Shown here: positions 49,930 to 58,783 of the stretch, piece after piece
Position numbering within the stretch: the stretch's first letter is position 1
Layout of the letters: the number at the start of each line of letters is the position of its first letter
Origin: a virus
Length of the DNA stretch: 64,000 nucleotides
Direction: 5' to 3' (one strand)
Virus record (IMG/VR): IMGVR_UViG_3300027901_000002
Span: 35,015-99,014 of that record
Program-made: the position numbers and the translations under genes
The notes under the pieces: generated by a model
The model's database searches: none
What the model was told of the DNA's origin: nothing
Seen by the model: the letters and a program-made list of their open reading frames with translations, nothing else

Positions 49930-50954
49930 TGTCGTCTTTTATACCAAAAGGGATAGGAGAAGTTGCAACTGGAGCATTAGGCGCTATGGGCGTTGCTTTA
50001 AGTATAGGCATTGGAGCTACAATTTTTCCTATAATGACACAAGCGTTAGCATTTAGTCCTAACCAAGCATTCGTTAATGCAGTTTCTCTTAGTTACATGT
50101 TGGCTAGGTATTATTTAGGAAACGTTCAACCAATACAACCTGCTGCAGTTATTGCTGGAATTCCACTAGGAAGCGTAGAAGAACTAAGTCACGGTATTTC
50201 AGACAGACAAGTAAAATATCGTGCAAACGGTGGAATTTTCTTAGCGCATCAACACGGCGGAAACGAATCGTTAAGAATTGTTGGGAAGGCTTGGGGGCCT
50301 AACAGATTTTTGTTTTTAAACATGCTTGATTTTTTGTTTTTATGGGGGTCTTCTAATATTATAGACGTTTTCGCTCAAACGCTAACTAGTGGTTTTTGGG
50401 GTCAACAAAACGTACCAACTTTAGCAGACACACCTCCTTTAGTTAATCCAAAACTATTAGAAACTAAAGTTGACCCTTGGAAGGAGATAGAATTAACAAG
50501 TTTTGACGAAGGTTATAGAGATAACAGAATGACTTTTCCAGTCATAACAAGAAATCGTATTTACGTTTCTATGTATATTGAAACTTATACTTGGAGACAA
50601 GACCTGGATAGAGATAAGAGAAAAGTTGTAACTTATACAATTTTCTTTAGGAAATACGAACCAGAACAAGAATACGAATTTGGGAACATTATAATTCCAG
50701 CAAAAGAAGAAGGAGAAGAAGAATATTATATGAAAGCTTATAGAAAACCAGAAAAGGCAGATAAGCCATTAGCTACTTCTTATCTTAAAGCTGGTTTAGA
50801 AATTTTTCCAACTCTTTTTATAAACGCTGGACAAGTTTTTAATCCAAATAATTGGGTGAAATTTGCTGGACAAATGCTTAGAAATTATTTTGGCGTAGAT
50901 AGTTTTGAAAAAGGAAGAATACCAGGAATAATAGAGCAGAGAGGATTTTTTTGA
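49929..50954 (+). CDS. Tail tube initiator/baseplate hub-like protein B
   Basis: ATG at 49929 (TAATG overlap); paralogous motifs. Confidence 0.5.
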   Translation: MSSFIPKGIGEVATGALGAMGVALSIGIGATIFPIMTQALAFSPNQAFVNAVSLSYMLARYYLGNVQPIQPAAVIAGIPLGSVEELSHGISDRQVKYRANGGIFLAHQHGGNESLRIVGKAWGPNRFLFLNMLDFLFLWGSSNIIDVFAQTLTSGFWGQQNVPTLADTPPLVNPKLLETKVDPWKEIELTSFDEGYRDNRMTFPVITRNRIYVSMYIETYTWRQDLDRDKRKVVTYTIFFRKYEPEQEYEFGNIIIPAKEEGEEEYYMKAYRKPEKADKPLATSYLKAGLEIFPTLFINAGQVFNPNNWVKFAGQMLRNYFGVDSFEKGRIPGIIEQRGFF

Positions 50955-52759
50955 GTAACGCACTTTGGATTCTTAGATTTTACACAGCATTTGACGAAAC
51001 GAATACAATAAATTTTGTTGGAAATATAGAATCCGCAGGAAAAAGATATTTAGACGATATTGTAGTCTTTTCTGGAATGTATGGCGTAGAAGATTATATG
51101 TTGTGGTACGTTCATAAAGATTTAGTTAGTTATAATTTTGCTGGTTATTCTGTTGAATTAAAATTATATTTAAATGGAGATCCTAAAAGTTGTTATTTTA
51201 GAGATAGATATAGAATAGTTGATGTTTCCGACGATTTTGGCGTAGAAACTGATAGAAAATTAGTTTACGCAATACAAGAAGATTACGCAAAATTAAAAAC
51301 TCTTTTAATCGACGCAGGTGTTACAACTTTAGAATATAAAGAAACAAGAACGCCAGAAGACGTTTTAAGAGAAGTTTTAGAAAAAAATGGAATATTTCCA
51401 GTTATATTTTGCGAACACGATGATCCAAACTATAAAAGTTTTAAGTTTGAATATTGTAATTTGAGCTTAGATCCAAGTTGGACGGTTGGAGATTTTATAA
51501 AATATATTGCAGAAGAAAACAATTTTGAGTGGACTATAAAATTTGGTATATTGTTTATAGGGCCAGAACTTAAAACTTACAAACTTTTAAATGCAACAAA
51601 GGATTTTATTAATAGAAACGTAGACAACATATCTAAAAATTATTTTACTGTTAAATTAGGATTTGCGGCTACTCCTCTTAATGTGCTTTATTATCAAGAA
51701 TTAAAAGAATCGGATAAACTAACAGATATGAGATGTGTTTGGGCTAAGCATTGGGTTGGTACTGGAGGAGATTTAACGAAAGGATGTTTTGTTCCAGTTG
51801 GAACAAAAATAGGTAGAGAATTCTACGAAAGGTGTTTAGAAGGAGAAATAGAAAAATTAAACGCAAAATTCTTGTTTTCAAAAGAAGTTAAATACAAGCC
51901 AATACAAATAGGAAGAATTGTTGAAGACGAAGGAGAAAGCGAAACTGCTGATTTTGTGAGTATTACTAAGAAAATAGAAAACTATGCCACAAAAACTCCT
52001 AGAAACATTCAAATAGAAACAGAGGAACCTGTTTATGGATTATTTAAAGTAGGAAGAACAACTCCGTATTTAGATGATATGTTTGGGATTTTTTTCCCAA
52101 TAGCTAACGATTTAACTAAAACTGCTAATCAATTATTATTTTCTCCTTATAATAGGATAGAACAATCTATTTTAGGCCCTTACGTAATGGGGAATGGTGA
52201 TACAGGATTTATTATTCCAGCAAAAAATCCAAAAGATTTTAGATTACAACTTCCACTTAAAAGTAGTTCTGGTAGCGAAATGGGTTGGTGTTTGTACCAT
52301 AATTACGAAGAAGAACAAACATATTTAATACCACACGACGCAGATCCAACAGAAATTATAGGTGATGGAGGAAGCGACCCTCCGTCTGACAAATTCTGGA
52401 TAAAAATAGGCTCTTCGCCAAAGATATTAATAAACATATCAGAAGATACATATATATCCATTTCAAACGACGAACATGTTTCTATCGTAAATAAAGGAGA
52501 TTTTTTTGTTAATTCACAAGGAACTAGTGATTTAAGAGCCGATGGAGATATTACGATTAACTCGAGTGGTGGAAAATTAGACGTTGACGCAGATGGAGAT
52601 ATTACATTAGATACAGCTAATGGAAAAGTTACTATAACTAGTTCAAGCGAAGTAAAAATAACAGTTGGAAGTTCAACAATTACGATAACTTCAAGTTCAA
52701 TTACTATGACGGCTGGTAGCACAGCCACATTAAATTCAAGCGGGTTAGATGTAACATGA
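50951..52759 (+). CDS. Baseplate hub/central spike (VgrG/gp27-gp5-like fusion)
   Basis: Hub-like N-terminus; C-terminal ADGDIT beta-strand repeats. Confidence 0.7.
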   Translation: MSNALWILRFYTAFDETNTINFVGNIESAGKRYLDDIVVFSGMYGVEDYMLWYVHKDLVSYNFAGYSVELKLYLNGDPKSCYFRDRYRIVDVSDDFGVETDRKLVYAIQEDYAKLKTLLIDAGVTTLEYKETRTPEDVLREVLEKNGIFPVIFCEHDDPNYKSFKFEYCNLSLDPSWTVGDFIKYIAEENNFEWTIKFGILFIGPELKTYKLLNATKDFINRNVDNISKNYFTVKLGFAATPLNVLYYQELKESDKLTDMRCVWAKHWVGTGGDLTKGCFVPVGTKIGREFYERCLEGEIEKLNAKFLFSKEVKYKPIQIGRIVEDEGESETADFVSITKKIENYATKTPRNIQIETEEPVYGLFKVGRTTPYLDDMFGIFFPIANDLTKTANQLLFSPYNRIEQSILGPYVMGNGDTGFIIPAKNPKDFRLQLPLKSSSGSEMGWCLYHNYEEEQTYLIPHDADPTEIIGDGGSDPPSDKFWIKIGSSPKILINISEDTYISISNDEHVSIVNKGDFFVNSQGTSDLRADGDITINSSGGKLDVDADGDITLDTANGKVTITSSSEVKITVGSSTITITSSSITMTAGSTATLNSSGLDVT

Positions 52760-53112
52760 GTAAACCAGTAGCGCTTTCTGGAGATATTATAGCAACTCCT
52801 GGAGGAGTACCACCAGCACCTTGTACAGCTGGTAGTTGGAGTGCTGGCCCTGTTATAGAAACATTAGGTGCTAAAGTGTCTCAAGGAGGAACAAAAGTAG
52901 TTTTACAAGCTGAATGTACTTTTACGTTTACTGGAACACAAACTCCACCAGGAATACCTTGTAGTGGTAGTTCAAAGGTTACTTTGTCAGCTAATCCAAC
53001 TAAATTAACAGATAATGGAAGCGATATATTAGTGTTAGGAGATACAAATTCGGATTCGTATGGAAATACTTTAACGGCATCTCCTTCACAGACTAAATTA
53101 AAGACGTCTTAA
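52756..53112 (+). CDS. PAAR-like spike tip protein
   Basis: MSKPVALSGD; Pro/Gly/Thr-rich; LVLGD; follows the spike gene. Confidence 0.6.
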   Translation: MSKPVALSGDIIATPGGVPPAPCTAGSWSAGPVIETLGAKVSQGGTKVVLQAECTFTFTGTQTPPGIPCSGSSKVTLSANPTKLTDNGSDILVLGDTNSDSYGNTLTASPSQTKLKTS

Positions 53113-53152
53113 AAAAGTAAAAAAATATTAAAATATTAGAAGTGAAAAACAA

Positions 53153-53542
53153 ATGCCTGGTGTTTTATTAGATTTACGTACAGGAGACCCGATATTAAGT
53201 GAAGAGGGAGACTACGTACAAGTTGACAATAATTACGCGTTTTATCAAATAATAAATAATTTATTAAATTGTCAAGTTGAGTCTGAAATTTGGAATAAAT
53301 ATTACGGTTTTGATTTACAAGAAGCTGTGAGAATGAATTCTGAAGGAGCTCCTGGTCAAGTTATAGAAAGTCTTTTAGCGCAAGCTTTAAGTTCTCAAAA
53401 AGAAAGATTAATTTTTATGGTAGATTATATACACGCAGAAAGAGATGGACAACAAATGAAAGTTAAGTTTTCAGTTCAAAGTAGGTTAGGAACTATTGTA
53501 ACAGCAGAACAAATTTTAGGTGAGAGCGTTGAATCATTGTGA
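53153..53542 (+). CDS. Baseplate wedge gp25/gpW-like protein
   Basis: WNKYYGFD motif; position. Confidence 0.6.
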   Translation: MPGVLLDLRTGDPILSEEGDYVQVDNNYAFYQIINNLLNCQVESEIWNKYYGFDLQEAVRMNSEGAPGQVIESLLAQALSSQKERLIFMVDYIHAERDGQQMKVKFSVQSRLGTIVTAEQILGESVESL

Positions 53543-53987
53543 TATAACAAAAGAGATATTAAATAATCTTTATTGGAATAAAAACATGAGCCAAAGAAAA
53601 ATAGCTAAAAAATTAAATATTGGCTCTACAACAGTCTTTTCTTATATGAGAAAATTTAATATACCAACTAGATTTAAAAACAGTGGTAGAATAATAGGTG
53701 GTCATGGTTATATTAGGATAAGGAAAGGAAATAAATATTTATTCGAACATAGGTTAGTAATAGAAAAACACCTTGGTAGAAAACTAGAAAAGAATGAATT
53801 TGTACACCATATTGATTTTGATAAGAAAAACAACAACATCAATAATTTAACTTTGTATAAAGGACATGGAAAACATAGAGACATAGAAACTAGTTTATAT
53901 AATTGTGTTAAGGATTTAATAAAAATGAAAGTTTTAACATTTGATAAAGAAAAAAACCAATATGAGGTGAGCGTAGATGCCTTATGA
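53520..53987 (+). CDS. HNH homing endonuclease with N-terminal HTH
   Basis: MSQRKIAKKLNI; GYIRI..EHRLVIEKHLGRKL...VHHIDFDKKNNNINNL. Confidence 0.85.
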   Translation: MRALNHCDITKEILNNLYWNKNMSQRKIAKKLNIGSTTVFSYMRKFNIPTRFKNSGRIIGGHGYIRIRKGNKYLFEHRLVIEKHLGRKLEKNEFVHHIDFDKKNNNINNLTLYKGHGKHRDIETSLYNCVKDLIKMKVLTFDKEKNQYEVSVDAL

Positions 53988-55818
53988 TGATGATGGATTC
54001 ACGCCAAGAACGGCACAAGAAATTTTAGAAGATTACGAAGAAAAAGCAACTGACCTTTTTGACGTTGTGAATTTTAGTTTAGGTTCTTTGCTTTATCAAC
54101 AAATGAAAATACACGTTTTAGACGAATATTATTACGAAACTCTTTTAGAAACATGTTCAGAACAAATGTCTATATTAAACGCTGTTGGGGAATGGTTAGA
54201 CAAACACGGCGTTGAATGTGGGATATTAAGAAGAGGAGCAAGTCACGCTCAAGGATACGTTGACGTTTCAGCAACTATTGCTGGAATTTCAATACCAGTA
54301 CCAGCTGGAACCGAATTTAAATCATCACTTAATTCTTACCTAACCGACGAAAACGACACTATACAATATCGTATCAGTAATACAAAAGCTAAAACAGGGG
54401 AATCTTACGATTACTTTTCAAGTGATTATCCTTACGCAGAAAATGTGGTTAAAATCTTAGACGAAAACTTAAACGTTATTCCACCAAGCGTTTACGAGTT
54501 CGATCAAACTTATCACAACAACATTCATTGGTTAGCAGGTAGTTCTGGATATTTAACAGAAAACGAAACTTATTTAGTAGAAGTTGGTGGAACGGTTACT
54601 AAAAGAATTGAAGTAACGTCTGTTGCTTCTGGAGTGATAAGTAACGCTAAAATTGGAGAAATTACAACTTCAGTAACATATCCTTATCTTAGTGTTAACA
54701 ATTCAAGGGGAGTTTCTGGTGGTATAGATAAAGAGTCAAACGACAAGTTTAGGACGAGATTGCTCTCAGCTCAAAGGAGAAATTTTACTCTTGGAAAAGT
54801 TCACGATATTGCGGCTGGAATTAACGGTGTGAGAGCAGCAAAAGTGTTTCAAGATAAAGGCGTAGACCAAACTAGTATTGCTGATTGGGATAATCCAACT
54901 TGTGGTTCTGGTATTAAAATGGATAAATATGCTATAAGTTGGAGTCAAAGGTTTGTGCCTGGTGATTTGGTTCTTTCTTTAGGAAAAATTACATTAAGTG
55001 GAAAAGCTATTAATAGTCCGCCACCTATAAGATTAGGTCTTAGATTAAGTACTGCTGGAACTGGTGTTGTTGATTATTTTGATTTTGCAACTTTTGCAGA
55101 AGAAGATTTAAAACCAGGAGTTGGTGGTTATCAAGATTTAGATTTGGTTTTAAAATATAACGGTTTAGACAAAACTAAAACTTATCAATTTGATTTGTGG
55201 TTAAAACAATCTGAAGATGGAATAACTGGTATAGATTTTAGTACTAATTATTGGGAATTAAGGACTAGTACAGAAGGATATGGGATTGGAAACAGATATA
55301 AATTTTACGAAGTCAGCGGTGGAGTTTTCATAGACCGAGGCGATAGTTTAGATTTAATGTTTAAAACTTGGTATAATGGTGCTGGATATACAGTTATGTT
55401 AGCGCCAGAAGACGGATTTGGGTTTGATAATATAGCTGAAGAATTAGAAGGAATGTTAGATTACGTTGATGGTGGAGGGTTAAGTCCAATAGGAATTCAA
55501 TATCAAATTTTGGAAGCGACAGAAATTGATATTGATATAAGAGGGATTATTTATATAAACGAGTTAGCCGATTTTGCGACAGTTAGAGAAGATATTATTA
55601 GTAATATTGAAAATTACTTAGAATCTCTACAAACAGGAGATGACGTAATTTACGCAGAAATCGAACACCAAATTATGAGACATCCACAAGTTATAAACCA
55701 AAAAGAATTATACATTAAAAGATCTGACGTATCTACTTGGGGGCAAGCAGATATAGCAATTTTTGACGACGAGATAGCGGATTTAGGAACTAGAAACTTA
55801 CAACGTGGAGTAGGATAA
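53977..55818 (+). CDS. Baseplate J-like protein
   Basis: AVGEWLDKHG...R..A..A.G; GGIDKESNDKFRTR; INGVRAAKV; PIGI. Confidence 0.9.
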   Translation: MPYDDDGFTPRTAQEILEDYEEKATDLFDVVNFSLGSLLYQQMKIHVLDEYYYETLLETCSEQMSILNAVGEWLDKHGVECGILRRGASHAQGYVDVSATIAGISIPVPAGTEFKSSLNSYLTDENDTIQYRISNTKAKTGESYDYFSSDYPYAENVVKILDENLNVIPPSVYEFDQTYHNNIHWLAGSSGYLTENETYLVEVGGTVTKRIEVTSVASGVISNAKIGEITTSVTYPYLSVNNSRGVSGGIDKESNDKFRTRLLSAQRRNFTLGKVHDIAAGINGVRAAKVFQDKGVDQTSIADWDNPTCGSGIKMDKYAISWSQRFVPGDLVLSLGKITLSGKAINSPPPIRLGLRLSTAGTGVVDYFDFATFAEEDLKPGVGGYQDLDLVLKYNGLDKTKTYQFDLWLKQSEDGITGIDFSTNYWELRTSTEGYGIGNRYKFYEVSGGVFIDRGDSLDLMFKTWYNGAGYTVMLAPEDGFGFDNIAEELEGMLDYVDGGGLSPIGIQYQILEATEIDIDIRGIIYINELADFATVREDIISNIENYLESLQTGDDVIYAEIEHQIMRHPQVINQKELYIKRSDVSTWGQADIAIFDDEIADLGTRNLQRGVG

Positions 55819-57672
55819 ATGGATTTTAGAGACCAAATAAGATATTACTTAAACACTGCGTTTAAACAGACTATTGAAGATAGTCCTTACAGTGGTCATA
55901 GTTTAGTAAAATTTGGAGAATGGAGTAGAGAAGAAGGATTTGTAAAAGACGATTCTGCTTCTTACAACGATGTTGCTGTTCCTTGTCCAGTTATTGCAAT
56001 TGTTGACGAAAAAATAAGAGAAAATCATTTAATACTAACTATAACTGGAACTGAGGCAGTATACGACCAAGATGAATCATTTCAACAAATAGGCGTTACA
56101 ATAACGAAAAAAACATATAAAAAAGGAACAAATACAGTTCAAACAACTCTTGAAATTCCTAGATTTACTAGAGAACTAGCAACCTTCTTAATTTCTGGTT
56201 TAGGAAACAAAATATTTGAAATAACTAGCGTAACTTCAAACATTCCAATTGCAGAACAAGTAGGTGGTGGTAAAGTAAGTTTTTACGGTTTAGCAAGCGA
56301 AGGGAGCAAAGTTCTTTATTATTTAGGAATGTTTAAGATACATAACATGATTAAAGAAATTATAAATTCAATTTGGATAGCTCCAGAAAAGTGTCCTCTT
56401 TGCGATGGAACTGGAACTTACGGAACTGGTGGTGGTACTTGTCCTCAATGTAATGGTTATGGATATAGTGGACAAAACGCGGCAAAAGGAATAGCTCTCG
56501 CAAAAGGGTACGACGTAAAATTAACAAGAGAAAAGTTTGCTGAATATCCTCTTACTGACGCTCAATTTGAAAAAGTATGGAAATTTATAAACCAAGCATG
56601 GACTCAAAAATGGTGGGTGACACCAACTGTTTCAGAAATAAAAAGATTGTTTGCTCATTTTTACAACGTTTCACAAGACGATATAATAATTACAGAAAGA
56701 TATCACTTTTCAATGCCGCATTGGGATATTTCTCTTCCTTTAGAAGCGCAAACAGGAAGCCCTTTTGACGTAGGAGATACAGATTTAATGAAGTATATAG
56801 CAAGATCTGTAACTCCAGCAGGGGTGAATGTTTTTGTTGGGTTTTATAGATATATTAATATAGGAGATTTAGACGATTTACAGTGTATAAAAGCAGAATT
56901 ACAAGTTGGAAATTCTCTTATAACAAGAGCGATAATGATAAGCTCAATAGAAGCGGCTTACGATCATTGGTTTAGTAGATATAGATGTTGGAACGGATGG
57001 AATAGATGTGTAGACAATTTTGAAGGAGGATTTGGATTAAATTGGAACACGAGCGGAAACGTTGATATATTCAACGCAAACGATATAGGTAGAAATTGGT
57101 GTAGGTTAAAAGGAAATTCTTACGCTCAAACTCCTACTGGATACGCTATTACTAACGCGACTGGTGTTGTTGAAGCATGGGTTCATCCAAGAGACAACGA
57201 ATTAAGGGTAGGTGCTTTTCTTACTGGTGTTGAAGATTGGGCTTTTTACTTAGATTTTAAAAGTAGTGGTTTTTACGATCATAATAATAATTTAATAAGA
57301 GCAGCAAAACCAGATTGTGATTATCATATTAGAATGGATTTTATAAGCGATAAATATTTATCTGGTGTTCTTGGTTATGTAGATAAAGTGTATATAAATA
57401 GAGAACAAGTAGCAACTGGAATATGTTTTAAAAATGGTTTGCTCCCTAATAGACCTATAAGAATAAGTAGTAATGGAGTTGGAACTGGATTTTTTGATAA
57501 CTTTGGTGCTAATTGGGTTAGTGGATATACTGAAAACGATAATTGGCAAAGACTATATCAATGGGGTTGGGGTGAAAATCATCTAAACTGTTTGAGTGGC
57601 GTTACTAATTTGTTCGAAAAATACTTTCACAAAGATAAGTTTTTTAACATAAACGTATCTGGTGTGTGTTAA
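55819..57672 (+). CDS. Baseplate wedge (gpI-like) protein with CxxCxGxG finger and C-terminal beta-sandwich
   Basis: Follows baseplate J; PTVSEIKRL, SVTPAGV; VEAWV LamG-like motif. Confidence 0.6.
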   Translation: MDFRDQIRYYLNTAFKQTIEDSPYSGHSLVKFGEWSREEGFVKDDSASYNDVAVPCPVIAIVDEKIRENHLILTITGTEAVYDQDESFQQIGVTITKKTYKKGTNTVQTTLEIPRFTRELATFLISGLGNKIFEITSVTSNIPIAEQVGGGKVSFYGLASEGSKVLYYLGMFKIHNMIKEIINSIWIAPEKCPLCDGTGTYGTGGGTCPQCNGYGYSGQNAAKGIALAKGYDVKLTREKFAEYPLTDAQFEKVWKFINQAWTQKWWVTPTVSEIKRLFAHFYNVSQDDIIITERYHFSMPHWDISLPLEAQTGSPFDVGDTDLMKYIARSVTPAGVNVFVGFYRYINIGDLDDLQCIKAELQVGNSLITRAIMISSIEAAYDHWFSRYRCWNGWNRCVDNFEGGFGLNWNTSGNVDIFNANDIGRNWCRLKGNSYAQTPTGYAITNATGVVEAWVHPRDNELRVGAFLTGVEDWAFYLDFKSSGFYDHNNNLIRAAKPDCDYHIRMDFISDKYLSGVLGYVDKVYINREQVATGICFKNGLLPNRPIRISSNGVGTGFFDNFGANWVSGYTENDNWQRLYQWGWGENHLNCLSGVTNLFEKYFHKDKFFNINVSGVC

Positions 57673-58316
57673 ACATGTTTGCATTAAAAGGAATGGTAGA
57701 ATCAAATAAAATAAGAAAAGACGGGACGAGGTACGATTTTAGAAAGCATCGTAATCTCTTAGTTGACGATGGTAAGGAATACATATTAGACGGGTTCGCT
57801 GGGATAAAAACTTGGCACAAACCTCAAGAAACTTATTCTTCTGGAACAATTGATTTATGGGCTTGGAAAAGGTTTGGTGGTGCTGGAGCTTGTATGTTTA
57901 GCAACGCTTCTGTTGAAAGAGCTAATGGAATTAATGGAATACCTAGTGGGAGTTGCGATTATCCAATTTTAAGTACTCAACTAGTTAGTCCCGAAGATTC
58001 TACTCTTTCTAAACAAGTTGGAACAAGAATTCAATTAACAAAAACGCGAAGAGATCAAACAGTTGAATTTGTAGGGAGATTTGAAGTACCAGGTAATATT
58101 CCAAGCGGAACACAAATAAGAGAATTTGGATTATTTTTAAAGCCGACTGGGCCTAGCGCAGACCCTTCTTTTCTTGAATCCGCTAAACCATATACAATGT
58201 TATGTAGAACTGTTTTATGGGGTAGTGGTGTTTGCGGAGTAACAGGGGTGTATAGAGACGAACCTCTGATAGCAAACGACGACGTAGAAATAAGATGGAA
58301 ATTTGGTGAGATATAA
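57666..58316 (+). CDS. Tail fibre attachment/baseplate protein
   Basis: NLLVDDGKEY...IREFGLF...W pattern. Confidence 0.6.
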   Translation: MLNMFALKGMVESNKIRKDGTRYDFRKHRNLLVDDGKEYILDGFAGIKTWHKPQETYSSGTIDLWAWKRFGGAGACMFSNASVERANGINGIPSGSCDYPILSTQLVSPEDSTLSKQVGTRIQLTKTRRDQTVEFVGRFEVPGNIPSGTQIREFGLFLKPTGPSADPSFLESAKPYTMLCRTVLWGSGVCGVTGVYRDEPLIANDDVEIRWKFGEI

Positions 58317-58720
58317 TGCCTTTTGCAGGATTTAAAGATTGGGCTGATTGTATGGCCAAAATGGCCAAGAGGTATAAAAAAATAGAAATTAGAAGGAAGG
58401 TGTGTGGGAAATTGCAAGCTCAACACGAAAAAAAATTAGAGATAGAAGAGATTAAGAAAAGAGTGCAACAAGAAAGGAAGGAAATTGCTATAATTAGAAA
58501 AGAGTTACAAGAGAAAAAGAAAAAGTGGATTCAAAAGGCGGTAAAAGGAATGAAAGTTGGAAGTTTTACTGCTTGGTGTAAGAGGCACGGTTTTGGTGGA
58601 GTAAATCAAGCGTGTATAAACGCGGCAGCAAGAGCAGGAGGTAAGATTGCTCAGAAAGCTTTATTCGCAGCAAACGCGTCGAAGGGGAAATACTCATATC
58701 CGAAAAAGAAGAAAAAGTAG
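58316..58720 (+). CDS. Small, highly basic protein
   Basis: Lys/Arg-rich; KKWIQKA..G. Confidence 0.65.
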   Translation: MPFAGFKDWADCMAKMAKRYKKIEIRRKVCGKLQAQHEKKLEIEEIKKRVQQERKEIAIIRKELQEKKKKWIQKAVKGMKVGSFTAWCKRHGFGGVNQACINAAARAGGKIAQKALFAANASKGKYSYPKKKKK

Positions 58721-58783
58721 AGGAACAAATCGTAAAGGATTACGAAGAATTAATAAAAGAAAAAATAAAAAGGAAGAAAGAAA

